A DNA stretch of 64,000 bases from Candidatus Latescibacterota bacterium (GTDB lineage Bacteria > Latescibacterota > UBA2968). The stretch is from contig OZ240241.1 of assembly GCA_965198115.1 (NCBI GenBank), positions 6,176,001 to 6,240,000 on the forward strand, written 5' to 3'. A model generated the notes under the pieces. It had not been told where the DNA came from, searched no databases, and saw nothing but the letters and a program-made list of their open reading frames with translations. How positions within the stretch are numbered: the stretch's first letter is position 1; the number at the start of each line of letters is the position of its first letter. Both the position numbers and the translations under genes were made by a program. Of the stretch, positions 40,273 to 51,381 are shown one piece after another.

Positions 40273-41970
40273 TCAGGCAAAGGCGCCCGCACGCTGGCCG
40301 GGCGGCTCCGACCACGCGCCAGACGGATGCTCGTAGCTGATTTCGATCTCGGCGTCTTCGATGGTCAGCGGGATCTCCGGGGCGGTGCGTTCGTTGCGGC
40401 AACGCGCGCGGACGGTTACGACATTCTCCCCGGGCCGGGGTGGATGATCCCTCAGGTCGAAGATCTGCCAGATGGTCCCGTAGCGGCCGCCGACCGTTCC
40501 CTGCATCACGCCTGGCTCCATCGGGTTCACGAGCGGCACTTCCTCGCCGTTCAGGCGAACCTCCAGCTCGTCCGCAATGGTCAGGCTGTCCACGTGGAGA
40601 TAGAGTCGCACTTCCTTGACGAGCTCCGGCGCGGCGGCTACGTCATCGACGACATCGAACCGAAGCGCCACCGGCTCCTCCGTCACCTCGACGGGTATTT
40701 GTCGGTCCGAATCGAGACAGTTGGCGAACGACGTCTGTGAGCGCATCAGCAGGTAACGCTTGTCCGTGTGCCGAAGGCGCTTGGGGTCGGCGATGTCATC
40801 GAGGGCCGAGACGTTGTCGTAGTCGAAGGTCAGCGTCGTGGCGAACCAGTTGAAGACGTAGAGCCCGTCGACTCCGCGATCGTGGTGGCGCGCAGCAAGC
40901 GCTCTGATCATGTCTTTTGACAACGGTGTCATGACAGGCGGGTTGTAGAACCAGCGATTAAATCCGTTGCTGTGACCCGCGAGATATGATTCCTCGATGG
41001 CGGCGACGATCCACACCGGGGAGTCTTTGCCGAGGCTGACCCATTCGGCGGCGTCGTGTTCCGTTTCCTGGGGGAACCAGGGCGAGGTCACCACGATGTC
41101 CACCAGGTGTTCGTCGATCCACTCGTTGACGTCGAGCCCCATCCGCACCGTGCCGTCCACAGTCGGCGGCACGCGTACGGCCAGTCCAAGCGAACGACCC
41201 TTGGTGCGAGCAATCTCGTCCAATCCTTCCCTCGTCTCGCGGATCATTTGGGTCATCAGCTTGGCGTTGGCCCTCTCGTCGCCGTGACGGAAGAAGGCCG
41301 GCACTCGCAGGAAGTCGAAGAGAAACCCGGTGCAGTCGTACCGTTCGCACACCTCCAGGGCGATGTCGCGTCGCAGGGCACGCACGTCGTCGTGGGCGAA
41401 GTCCTGCATCCAGGGCAGCACGTGGAGCAGCTCGGCACAGTCGGACCAGCCTGCCGCGCCTTCCTTGCCGATGAGCAGATCCTTCCGCCCCTCATAGAAC
41501 TGACTGCCCCCGAGCCGGTAGACCGAGCCGCTATCCGCGTCAAAGTGATGCCAGTCGTTCATGCCGAGACGGAACCAGTGATCGATGCCGAGTCGGTCGG
41601 ACTCGCGCACCATCACCTCTAGCGGGTCGATCCCCTGCGCCCAGGACTGCTTGAGGTTCTCGGCGTGGCGCCAGTAGCGGACGTCACCGAGGGTGGCCCC
41701 GCGTTCGTAGCGCTCGACGAGGAATTCCATCTGGGTGCGCTGGGATTTGAAGGCGGTCACGTAGCCGGCGTCGGGGCCGAGGGCGCAGACGTAGGCGTCT
41801 ACGGGGGTGCCGGCGAGGAAACCGAAGTGGGCTTGGGCCACGGTTTCGGGCGGCATGGGGGGGGTGTAGTGGGACTGGTAGGGGTGGTTCTGGTCCCACA
41901 TAATGCGGTAGGCGCGGTTCAGGCGGCCCTTCGGTTTATTCAATCCGTCCCTCCTGAAGGTGTCATTCAC
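40273..41970 (-). CDS. GHL10-like protein, paralog of 38592..40238
   Basis: GMNDWHH, QDFAHDDVR, FDFLR, GLDVNEWI...LVDIV, DGLYVFNW. Confidence 0.75.
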   Translation of the reverse strand: MNDTFRRDGLNKPKGRLNRAYRIMWDQNHPYQSHYTPPMPPETVAQAHFGFLAGTPVDAYVCALGPDAGYVTAFKSQRTQMEFLVERYERGATLGDVRYWRHAENLKQSWAQGIDPLEVMVRESDRLGIDHWFRLGMNDWHHFDADSGSVYRLGGSQFYEGRKDLLIGKEGAAGWSDCAELLHVLPWMQDFAHDDVRALRRDIALEVCERYDCTGFLFDFLRVPAFFRHGDERANAKLMTQMIRETREGLDEIARTKGRSLGLAVRVPPTVDGTVRMGLDVNEWIDEHLVDIVVTSPWFPQETEHDAAEWVSLGKDSPVWIVAAIEESYLAGHSNGFNRWFYNPPVMTPLSKDMIRALAARHHDRGVDGLYVFNWFATTLTFDYDNVSALDDIADPKRLRHTDKRYLLMRSQTSFANCLDSDRQIPVEVTEEPVALRFDVVDDVAAAPELVKEVRLYLHVDSLTIADELEVRLNGEEVPLVNPMEPGVMQGTVGGRYGTIWQIFDLRDHPPRPGENVVTVRARCRNERTAPEIPLTIEDAEIEISYEHPSGAWSEPPGQRAGAFA

Positions 41971-42501
41971 GCACGCACCGGGTTCGCCACCCAGCTTTGA
42001 GGGTTTTTACAAGCACCCCCGCACGAAACATGCTCAGAGTCCGCCGAGGATGTGCGAGGATCTGCCAGGCCGTTGATGAAGTCGAGGCGGTAGCGGAGAG
42101 CTCGTTGCGAACAAAAAATAAACCACGTTCTCTCGTCCCCAAGCAAGGGAATCTGGCTCGGGTGATAAGCGCGTTCGGGCGGCCACCCTCCGCAGTAGCG
42201 CTGCAACGGAGGACAGGTGGCGGAGGGTGCGGTAGCCTAATTGCATGATGCTTGGTCGAGTCGCTGAGTTGCAGCCAACTGGGTCTGTCTGCCGGCGCAG
42301 GTTGCGCTGCGCACCCTGCGGGGACATACTTCTCCCCGTTCGCGCACAAGGAGTCGAAGGTAGAAGTGGGGTTGATCCGCGTATCTGCGGCAGGTGGAGT
42401 TCCGATGATTGTTGAACACGAGGTCAGACCGACCCCGTCGAGGAATATGAACATCTTGTGCATTGGCACCTCGTGCACCAACCCGGAAGACCAGAGACAC
42501 G

Positions 42502-43617
42502 GTGGCAGACAACCAACTGAAAGCGGTCACCATCGCTGCTACCGGTCGTGGTGGCGCCGGTCACCGCATGCACCGCGCGTTCGAGATGAACCCGCGGGTG
42601 GAGATGGCCGCGCTTGCCGATCCCGACGCAGAAGGTCGGGAGCAACTCGCGGCCGAGTGTGGTGCCACAGCCACCTATGCGGATTACCGCGAGATGCTGG
42701 AGCGCGAGAAGCCGGATATCGCGGTGATTGCCCGTCACTGGTTCGATGATGAGCGCGTCGAGGAGCTGCTGGTGGCCCTGGATGCGGGCGTCAAGGGCGT
42801 GTTTGTTGAAAAGCCGATCGCCGCCTGGCCGGACCAAGCCCGACAGATTCAGGCGGCTGCAGCGGATCGCCAGGTGCCGGTGTTGCTCGCACACCGCAGC
42901 CGTGAGCACCCAACATTGCAGGAGATTCGCCGGCGCGCCAAGGTAGATGAGTGGGGTCCCCTTACCCGAGTTCGCACCATGGATAAGGGCGACCATCGAG
43001 CTGGTGTGCACGAGGCGATGATCCACACCCCCCACGTCTTCGACGCTATGCTCTACGTGGCCGACGAGGTCCCCACCTCCTGCTGGGGGGCGGTCACGCT
43101 CGAAGGGCGTCCTGCCACCCGTGAGGACGCCCGCGGCGTCGAGTACCTCGGTGCCGGCCCGATGGCGGGCGATAGGATCTCGGCTCAGTACCAGTTCCCG
43201 AGCGGAGTTGTGGGCACGTTCGAATCCATGCCGGTAGGCGATGGCAGTTACGGCAGCGACCGTCTGGGAGTTGATTTCTACTTCCAGAATGCCATCGTTA
43301 CTGCCCGGAACCAGCCCCTCGGCCAGTTCCACGTCTTTCCACGCGGAGACGTGTTTCCGGCCGAGCCCCGCGTTGAGTGGACGGCCCTTGAGACCGATCA
43401 GAGGATTCCAGCGGGCGTCCACCCAACGGACTGGAGCAATCACGTCATCTGTGAAGACCTGGTCAGGCTCATCGATGGCGGGGAGCCACGTCCGGAGTCG
43501 CCGACCATAGAGGTCGGTGTGATCGGCGTCGAGATGCTGGTGGGTGCGTACCAATCACATCTTCAGGGTAAGCGTGTCGATCTGCCGTTAGCCGATCCGG
43601 GGAATCCCTGGTTGTAG
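42502..43617 (+). CDS. Gfo/Idh/MocA family oxidoreductase
   Basis: YADYREML.REKPDI, VFVEKP. Confidence 0.88.
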   Translation: MADNQLKAVTIAATGRGGAGHRMHRAFEMNPRVEMAALADPDAEGREQLAAECGATATYADYREMLEREKPDIAVIARHWFDDERVEELLVALDAGVKGVFVEKPIAAWPDQARQIQAAAADRQVPVLLAHRSREHPTLQEIRRRAKVDEWGPLTRVRTMDKGDHRAGVHEAMIHTPHVFDAMLYVADEVPTSCWGAVTLEGRPATREDARGVEYLGAGPMAGDRISAQYQFPSGVVGTFESMPVGDGSYGSDRLGVDFYFQNAIVTARNQPLGQFHVFPRGDVFPAEPRVEWTALETDQRIPAGVHPTDWSNHVICEDLVRLIDGGEPRPESPTIEVGVIGVEMLVGAYQSHLQGKRVDLPLADPGNPWL

Positions 43618-43647
43618 CGTGCGATGAGAGGTGTTGAGGGAGGAACG

Positions 43648-44817
43648 ATGAAAACATATCGAGTTGCCATCTTGGGTTGCCGATCCCGCGGAACGTCAGC
43701 CGCTAGAGTCTACCACGCCCATCCTCGAACCGAAGTGGTCGGTCTGTGCGACCTGCTCGAGGATCGGTTAAACGTCCTGGGCGATGAGCTCGACGTCTCT
43801 GCCCGATTCACCGATCTGGACGAGATGATTCGCACGACGCAGCCGGATATCGTCGCCATTCCCACTGCGCCATCTCTGCACGCTCCGCTGGCCCTGCGCG
43901 TGCTGGAGCACGGCGTGCATATCGAAGTTGAAAAACCGATGGGCATGGATCTGCTCGAGACCGATGCCGTGATGGAGAAAGCCGAGGAAAAAGGCGTTCA
44001 GGTCGCGGTGCATCACCAGTGGCGTCTACACGCCTGGGCGCAGGCCATCAGCCGGCTTTACCAATCCGGCAAGATCGGCGAGCTCCGCTACATTTACGCC
44101 AGCGGCAAAGGTTACTATGGTGGTTTCGGGTTGATGGAAATCGGCACGCACTTGCTGAACAGCGTGATCAAATACGGGGGCCACTGTCAGAGTGTCACGG
44201 CGCACGCCACCACACGTGGCCGTCCGATCACGCCGCAGGATGTATTGCCGGCTCCCAGAGGAAATGGAACCATCGCGGGGGATCGAGTCACGGCATCGCT
44301 ACAGTTTGCCAACGGTGTGACGGGCACGCTCCTTCAGCATCACTTCGATAAGAACAACATAGATGCCCACGTGATCGAACTCTATGGCACGGAGGGGCGG
44401 CTGCTGTGGCATACGCGAGGCGCGTGGCACCTGCCCAATCCGCACCTGGTGCCCGCGAATAACCTGGATCGATGGCAGAAACTGACGCCCATCTATCCAG
44501 AGAGCTTTGAGGAGGCAGCCAAAACGATCCCCAACGGGAATCACACCGACGGTGACTACTGGTTCGTGGACGAATATGTCCGGGCTCTGGACGAAGGTCG
44601 GGAGCACGAATGTAGCGGTTACGAGGGCCGCCACGTGGTGGAGATCATTATGGGCATCTTTGAATCGGCCGCCTATGGCACCCGTGTCGATCTCCCGCAA
44701 CCCGATCGTGAACATCCGCTGCTACGGTGGCGTAACGAGGCCGGCTTAGGACCACCTGAATCTATGCCAATGATCGATAAAGAGTGGCTTGAAGAAGAAA
44801 ACAGACGACTGGGTTGA
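43648..44817 (+). CDS. Gfo/Idh/MocA family oxidoreductase
   Basis: VAILGC, VGLCD, HIEVEKPM, EIGTH. Confidence 0.9.
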   Translation: MKTYRVAILGCRSRGTSAARVYHAHPRTEVVGLCDLLEDRLNVLGDELDVSARFTDLDEMIRTTQPDIVAIPTAPSLHAPLALRVLEHGVHIEVEKPMGMDLLETDAVMEKAEEKGVQVAVHHQWRLHAWAQAISRLYQSGKIGELRYIYASGKGYYGGFGLMEIGTHLLNSVIKYGGHCQSVTAHATTRGRPITPQDVLPAPRGNGTIAGDRVTASLQFANGVTGTLLQHHFDKNNIDAHVIELYGTEGRLLWHTRGAWHLPNPHLVPANNLDRWQKLTPIYPESFEEAAKTIPNGNHTDGDYWFVDEYVRALDEGREHECSGYEGRHVVEIIMGIFESAAYGTRVDLPQPDREHPLLRWRNEAGLGPPESMPMIDKEWLEEENRRLG

Positions 44818-44980
44818 ATACTATCGGGAGTCTATCGGCCAATTGATGTTCAGCGAGGTAAGAGAGAAGGACTAGAGGACAAGTGCGTCCGGGAGGATCA
44901 CTCCCAACTTTTCGGATCGCTAGCGGTCGAGCAACGCCAGTGTCGGAGCACGGATAGAAAGATCGAGGAATGACCGAAGG

Positions 44981-45018
44981 GCAGGGCTACGACCGTGGGT
45001 GTCGTAGCCCCTGTTTCG
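44981..45018. terminator. hairpin between convergent genes
   Basis: CAGGGCTACGAC-loop-GTCGTAGCCCCTG. Confidence 0.5.
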
Positions 45019-45075
45019 TGTGTACGGTTGTGGCGTTAGGATCGACCTCTCCTGTCTTCAATCGATTCTAGCCAG

Positions 45076-45117
45076 CGACCCGGGCGTCCTTCGACTCCGC
45101 TCAGGATGACCGGGTCG
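45076..45117 (+). repeat. palindromic repeat copy CCTTCGACTCCGCTCAGGATGAC within an outer stem
   Basis: CGACCCGG...CCGGGTCG encloses the core. Confidence 0.75.
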
Positions 45118-45138
45118 TTTTCGTTAGCTCTCCTGAGA

Positions 45139-46220
45139 TTATCTCCGCACAGGTTGGCCGGTGAGGTAAGCCTTGGTGATGTCGATGATGAGCTCGACGT
45201 CGTGGCGTGCTTCGGCGAGGGACGTGCGGCATTCGACCCCTTGCGTGATGCACGCGTGGAAGTGACGCAGCTCCGCGGTAAAGGCGCTCTCCCAGGGTAT
45301 CGCGGGATCCTTTCGATAGGACGTTCCGTTTTCGTCGATTCCGTGAACCGTGAGGGTCGAGAGCACGTGTCGTGAAAATCCTGTCGGGTAGGTGAGCAGG
45401 ACACGCTTGTCGTCGCCGTAGATCTCGAGCGTCTCCCGAAAGTCCCAGAGCTTCTCGAGGTCGACTCGGCTGATAACGCATCGGGCGCCATTGGGGTATT
45501 CGAGGACGGAGGTGATGGATCGGCCGTTCTTCCAGACCTCCGCGCTGAGGACGGCGCTCGGGATTCCAACCATATTGCGCAGGCTGTAGAGATCGTGGAT
45601 CAGACCGTAGGCGATTCCACATTCCGACTCCGCCCGGTCGGTGAGGTCGCCGAAGGCTTCTCGAAGCTTTTCACGGTAGGCTTTACGTCGTTTTTCTCGG
45701 ATATCGTCGCGCAGCGAGCCGTGGTATTGCAGGTTGAAGTGCGCGAGATGGAGGTCGTTGCTGGGATGGAGGTGGTTGATCTGGATGAAGCTGAACGGCA
45801 TTCCCTCGACTTCCTTTTGGGCGAGGATGAAAGCGGGATCGTAAGCCTTCATGTAGGCCGCCTGGCCCACTCTGCCCGAGCGTTCCATCGCCTCGATCAT
45901 CTTATCCGCCTCCTGCAACGAGGCGCAGACGGGCTTTTCGATGAGGACGTGCTTGCCGGCGTCGAAGACTGCGACGGCCTCTTCGCTTTCGGGTCGGTGT
46001 GACACAGAAGCACGGCATCGATGTCGGCCGAGAGGAGATCGTCCACGTGGCTGACGTGGCGGGGGACCCTGAAGCAGTCGGCTACGTACTTCGCCTGATC
46101 TGGGGACAGATCGCAAACGATGGGGACTTCGTAGGCCTCGTCGAGCTCGAGGAGATTGGGCAGGTGCTGAACCTGTGCGATCGCACCACAACCCAGGATG
46201 CCGATTTTCACGCGGGACAT
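45139..46220 (-). CDS. Gfo/Idh/MocA oxidoreductase, frameshift near 45985
   Basis: MSRVKIGILGCGAIA in one frame, GKHVLIEKPV in another. Confidence 0.85.
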
Positions 46221-46255
46221 TGGACTCTCTCGTGTCTGGGGATTGATGTGTAGGA

Positions 46256-46918
46256 CTATTTGCGCGCGTAGTGTGCGTTCACCGAACCCGCCCTGGGGGC
46301 GAGGGTGTTCCACGTGTCAGCGGTGGTGTGCATCTGTTTGAAGAGCTCCAGCTGAGGTGCCCACATCGACTCGCGAAGTTCTGATGCTGCTTTGAGGTCA
46401 TCCGAGGATAGCACCTCTTTTAGGAGGGCCCCCTTTTCTTCCTGCACCCGAAGGTTTTCCTCGGCTCGTTCAAGAAGCCCACGGGCGGTCTCGATGTGAC
46501 GATCGATCAGGTTGTCAACGGGCGTGTCGGAATCCGTTTTGGTGTTGTAGTCGCTCGAAGGACGGAAGTGGGGGGGCAGACGGTTCTGATCGTCATCGTA
46601 GAACGTATGCGTCGGCTGGATGTGGGGTGTCACCGAGAGATACATCAGGACCGGCTCGTCGCCCACGACCCTGACCGAGTGCGGCTCATCCGTCAATGCG
46701 TAACACATCTGGCCAGGACCGAGCTCGTTGACGTCTCCGCTGATTTGGAACTCGACGCGTCCTTCGAGGATGATGAAGATTTCGTGGCCAAGATCGTGCG
46801 TGTGGCCGAAGTCGAGTTTATCCGATCCCGGCTCGAGACGGCAAAACCGCGCACGGATCTGAGGTGTGACGAGGATATTGCGAATGTCCTCGCGGCAATC
46901 GTAGACGGTGAAACCCAT
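46256..46918 (-). CDS. cupin domain protein with helical C-terminus
   Basis: HTHDLGHE...G.M......PH cupin motifs. Confidence 0.8.
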   Translation of the reverse strand: MGFTVYDCREDIRNILVTPQIRARFCRLEPGSDKLDFGHTHDLGHEIFIILEGRVEFQISGDVNELGPGQMCYALTDEPHSVRVVGDEPVLMYLSVTPHIQPTHTFYDDDQNRLPPHFRPSSDYNTKTDSDTPVDNLIDRHIETARGLLERAEENLRVQEEKGALLKEVLSSDDLKAASELRESMWAPQLELFKQMHTTADTWNTLAPRAGSVNAHYARK

Positions 46919-47110
46919 TTGCGGAACCTCCTCTTCAGCTGAACCATCAATGCTCGAGCAGGCGTCCCTCGACACGGGCCCTTCGGGTCTGCTCGGGATG
47001 CGAACTGGCGTGGCAAAACTTGATGCGCCGCTTGCTGTGGGACCCAACTCCAGTTGGGGAATGACCCATGGCGCGAAGCAGGTGTGCCTGAGAATGGGGC
47101 GCAGAAATGC

Positions 47111-48305
47111 TTACAATCCCAGCGCCGCGTCAATCTCCTCCTGATAAGTCCGTACCGATCCTGACAGCATTTCTTCCATTGTGACCGAACGCCCGATAGC
47201 TGCCGACTCATACGCCCCGAGGATGGCGGCCACTGCTTTGGTTCCTGTGAGACCATCAACTTCGGGTTGTCCTCCTGTCAGGATCGCTCGAGCGAAGTCA
47301 TGATACTCGATGGCGAGGTGTCTGGCGTCGATCGCATAGCCGGGATGCGGTGCGTCTGTGGGCATATCGTACTCGACACCATCTGGACCGAAGAGGCGTT
47401 CTGTGATGTCGTTGAACTGAAAGTCCGGAACCAGAGCGAGAATCTCTTTTCCTCGCAATTCTTCACCTTCCAATCGAAGCAAAACGAGATTCCCGTTACG
47501 TTCGCCCGGTGCGTAGACTGATCCCAGTTGTCCGTGAACAGATCGCTCCCATCCTTGCCCCCCTCGTCCCTCTGCCAGTGTCAATTGTGCGACGACGTCC
47601 GACGCCATCCGATAGAGGGCGACGACGGAATCCTCGCCTGTCGCCTCGACCGAATCGGGATAAGTCTTTACGCGTTCGCCGATAGGATTCGAGGGGATGA
47701 TTCTCGTGGTCCGGCTTGCGACGCACGGGCTCGACGATGAATCCGCTTCCGAACATCTGATCATACTCGCCCAGGTAATACTGGATGATATCTGCATAGT
47801 GCACGCCCATATCAAGGCCGATGGCCCCTTTTTCCTTGAGATGTCGCCAAGGCGTGATGGCCATCGAGTCGCCGCCGCCGACCGAGGTCTGCATCAGCAG
47901 GAATGGATCGCCCAGCAAGCGGGCGTCGAGAATGGCTTTGACGAGACGGTTGGGAGGATCGCGGCGGTAATTCTCGGCGGTGGCGAGGAGAGCGTTGCCT
48001 TGACGCGCGGCCCCGATCAAGTGCTGGCAAGCGCGGATCGTGATGCCTAGGGGCTTTTCGACGAGCGCGTGTTTGCCGGCCGCAAGAGCGGGCGCCGCGA
48101 CCTGGTGATGGGTCGAGCCGTCGGTAACGACGTCGACGGCGAGGATGTCCTCGCGTGCCAGCACTTGGTCGAGGTCCGTCAGGACGAGCGGTTTGCGGCC
48201 GAACAGACGTTCCACTTCCCGGGCAGTGAACTCCGCGTTTTCTTTGCGGATGTCGCACACGGCCATCAGCTCCACGTTCCCGATTCCGCTGTCTTCCAGC
48301 GTTCT
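47111..48305 (-). pseudogene. Gfo/Idh/MocA oxidoreductase, 5'-truncated by IS630 and frameshifted near 47680
   Basis: AVCD, GKHALVEKP, AENYRRDP, DMGVH; the N-terminal GxG motif is missing. Confidence 0.8.
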
Positions 48306-49565
48306 CCTGTTCTCAAATACGGTGACGTATTCTAAGCAGACTTTGCCAAGGGCGTATCGTAGAACCTGAGTTTGTCGATCATCTCCGCGAGATCTGTTCG
48401 TGTGAACTTCCATTTGAAGGGTGTGGCGATACGTCCGTAGCGTTCCTGAAAACCGAGGATTCTTGCCTCAAGCTCTTCGAGCGATGCAAATTCGATAGGT
48501 GTCAGAGCCTTGCGTTTGAGGATCGAGAAGTAGATCTCGATCTGATTGAGCCAGCTTGCGTGGATCGGAAGGTGAACGGGGTGGATGTTTGGCCACTTCC
48601 CCTGGATACGGTCGATGCATGTTTGCCCTCGGTGCGAGGAGCCATTATCCACGATGAGGTAGACTTTCTTTGCCGAGCAATAGGGTTTCCGGCTCATGAT
48701 CAGGCTCAGGAGCCGGTTGAAGGGCTCGATACCCGAAGAAGACTCACAGAGACCGAAGATTCGACCATTGTGCACGTCGAGAGCAGCCAGATAGGCCAGG
48801 GCTCCTTTCCGCTCGTATTCGTGTTTCAACGCGTGCCGCTCTGTTCGAGGCTGGCGGTAGGGTAACGTGCTTGCGAGCTCGTGCTTGAATACTGGTCTTT
48901 TCGTCGGCAGAAAGTACATATTCCCTCGGCCCTAAAGGCTTTCCTTGCCATTGGCGGTGATACAGATCAAGGACTCTACCTGCTTTGGTTTGGAAGTCCG
49001 GGTCCCGTGGGAAAATCCAGGAGCGATGATACCAAGGACGAATCGCGTCCTCGTTCAACCAGCGCCAGACAGTGGCGCCGCTGATCTTGGCAACGAAGCC
49101 CCTTTGCACTGCCTCGGCGGCAATCTCGGAACAGCTGAACCGCGAGAGCGGTATCCCGCTCTCGCTCGGTAGTTCACACGCCAGCGCCTTGATCTGAACG
49201 ACCACCTGAGGGGGGAAAACCGGGCGGGCGCCCGGGACGAGATCTATCTTCGAGTCCCGAAAGACGCTCTTCGAAAAAGCGCTTACGCCATTTGCTTACG
49301 ATCGGACGCGGGACATCCAACCGTTGGGCGATAATCTTGTTGGATAATCCCTCGGCGGCGAGAAGCACGATTTTCGATCGGATCACTTGATAATACGGTA
49401 ACGTATATTGTCCAGCCATTCGCTCGAGGTCGACCCGTTCCTTCTCAGACAGTAGCACCACATAAGGCGAACGTCTTGGCATTGTTCTCCTCCTTTTGAA
49501 GGAGAACATAAGCTACAAATAATGTTCAGGACATACGTAATAATGTTTATGAAACCATGCACTTA
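48305..49565 (-). mobile_element. IS630-family insertion sequence (downstream end imprecise)
   Basis: Upstream end ...GAAACCATGCACT-TA at 49551-49565; no matching TA end near 48305. Confidence 0.85.
48332..49482 (-). CDS. IS630 transposase, probable programmed frameshift at TTTTCCCCCC (about 49210-49219) plus a second frameshift near 48825
   Basis: HTH orfA (KWRKRF...GL.DR.RPGRP), ADEKT, HEY.R.G, IVDNGSSH, HASWLNQIE.YF. Confidence 0.9.
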
Positions 49566-49597
49566 GATTAGCTGCCCACCTCCCAAGGAGAACCCGA

Positions 49598-51315
49598 ATG
49601 AATGACCCGTCCACCCTCGGACCGATCGAGCTTGAATTGTTCAAGAACGCGCTCGAGTCGATCGTCGATGAGATGGCGTTGACCGTCGTGCGGACAGCCT
49701 ATTCGACGAATCTGAAGAATTCGATGGATTTCTCGACGGGTCTTTGCGATACGAATGGCGCGCTCATCGCCCAGGGGCTGTGTCTGCCGCTTCATCTGGG
49801 CAGTCTCCCCGATGGGATGGCGGCGGTCCTTGCGCGGTATTCCGATTCGATTGTTGAGGGCGACGTTTTCATTCTCAACGACCCGTATGAAGGCGGCACG
49901 CATCTGCCCGATATCTACGTCTACCGTCCGATTTTCGTCGAGGACGTTCTGGTCGGATTCGCCGCGGCGATTGCACACCACACGGATATCGGAGGACGAG
50001 TCGCGGGTGGGAATGCGTGCGACAGCACGGAGATCTACCAGGAAGGGCTTCGTATCCCCCCGGTCCGACTCTATGAGGGCGGGCGACCGGTTCAGGCGCT
50101 CTTCGATCTGATCGAGCGCAACGTTCGGGTTCCCCAATACGCGCTGGGGGATCTTCGTGCGCAGCTGTCGGCGTGTCACATCGCGCAGCGAGAGGTCGAG
50201 GGGCTCGCTCAGCGGTATGGTGTCGAAGGCTTGCGAATGAGCTTTGCCTCGCTGCTGGATTACGGGGAGCGACTGACACGGGCCGAGATCGAGAAGATGC
50301 CGGACGGCGTGTATTCCTTCGACGATCAGATCGACGGCGATGGGATCGATCCGGGTTCGATCCCGATGCGTGTGACGATCACGGTCGAGGGATCGCACCT
50401 CACCGCCGATTTCGAGGGAACGGCGCCTCAAGTGAGGGGGGCGATCAATTCGGCGTTGTCTTTCACGAGATCTGCGGTCTACGCGTGCGTGCGCTGTTTG
50501 ATCAGTGCGGATGTTCCGACGAACACGGGCTTCTTCCGGTGTATCGAGGTGATCGCGCCGGAGGCGTCCCTGGTGAATCCGGTCCTACCCGCTCCCGTTG
50601 CCGCCCGAGGACTGACGGGATTCCGGTTGGCGAACGTAATTATGGGCGCGTTGGCGAGTCTCGCGCCCGATCGGATCCCGGCGTGCGAGGTCGGAGGGGA
50701 CACGGGTATCAGCGTGGGTGGCTATCGGGCCGACCGGACGGCATTCGTGTTCCTCGAGTTTCTGTTCTCGGGTTGGGGTGGGCGACCGGATCGAGACGGC
50801 ATCGACGGATGCGCGAGCGTCGTGGTGAATTTCTCCAACAATCCGGCGGAGGTGGTCGAGGCGGAGTACCCGCTCGAAATCCTGCAATACGGATTCCTGA
50901 CCGACACCGGCGGGCCCGGTCGATACAGAGGTGGGCTCGGGATCGTACGGGAGTATCGATTTACGGAAGCGGAAGGCGTTTTGCAGATTCGGTCGGACCG
51001 CCACGCCTCACGGCCCTACGGGCTGGCCGGCGGGAAGCCAGGGGCTGCGTCGAGCAATGTCCTGAATCCCGAGGGAGAGTCGGAAACGTTGCCAAGACGC
51101 TGGTCCAACTCCGAAGGGGTGATGTCCTGAGGCATGCGCCCGCGGGAGCGGGCGGGCACGGCGATCCGCTCGAGCGGGATACGACAGCCGTTCTGAACGA
51201 TGTTCGCGATGAGAAGGTGTCCGTTGGTGCGGCGGAAAGAGATTACGGCGTGGCGATCGATGTGGGGACGTGGGAAGTGGATGGGGTACGGACGTCTGAA
51301 TTGAGGGGACGTTGA
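49598..51315 (+). CDS. hydantoinase B/5-oxoprolinase subunit, frameshift near 51095
   Basis: MDFST, NDPYEGGTHLPD, HHTDIGG, IYQEGLRIP, GGPGRYRGG; AGAGGHGDPLER in the second frame. Confidence 0.9.
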
Positions 51316-51381
51316 GGAAGGGTGTTCAGTGGTTCAGTGTTCGGTGTTCAGGAAAGCGGTGAACTGATCCGGCAAAGACGT

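Noticed and set aside
41975-42500. 500-bp intergenic region with 170-aa ORFs on both strands
   Set aside because: The translations have no recognisable motifs or RBS, and no clear RNA structure could be supported
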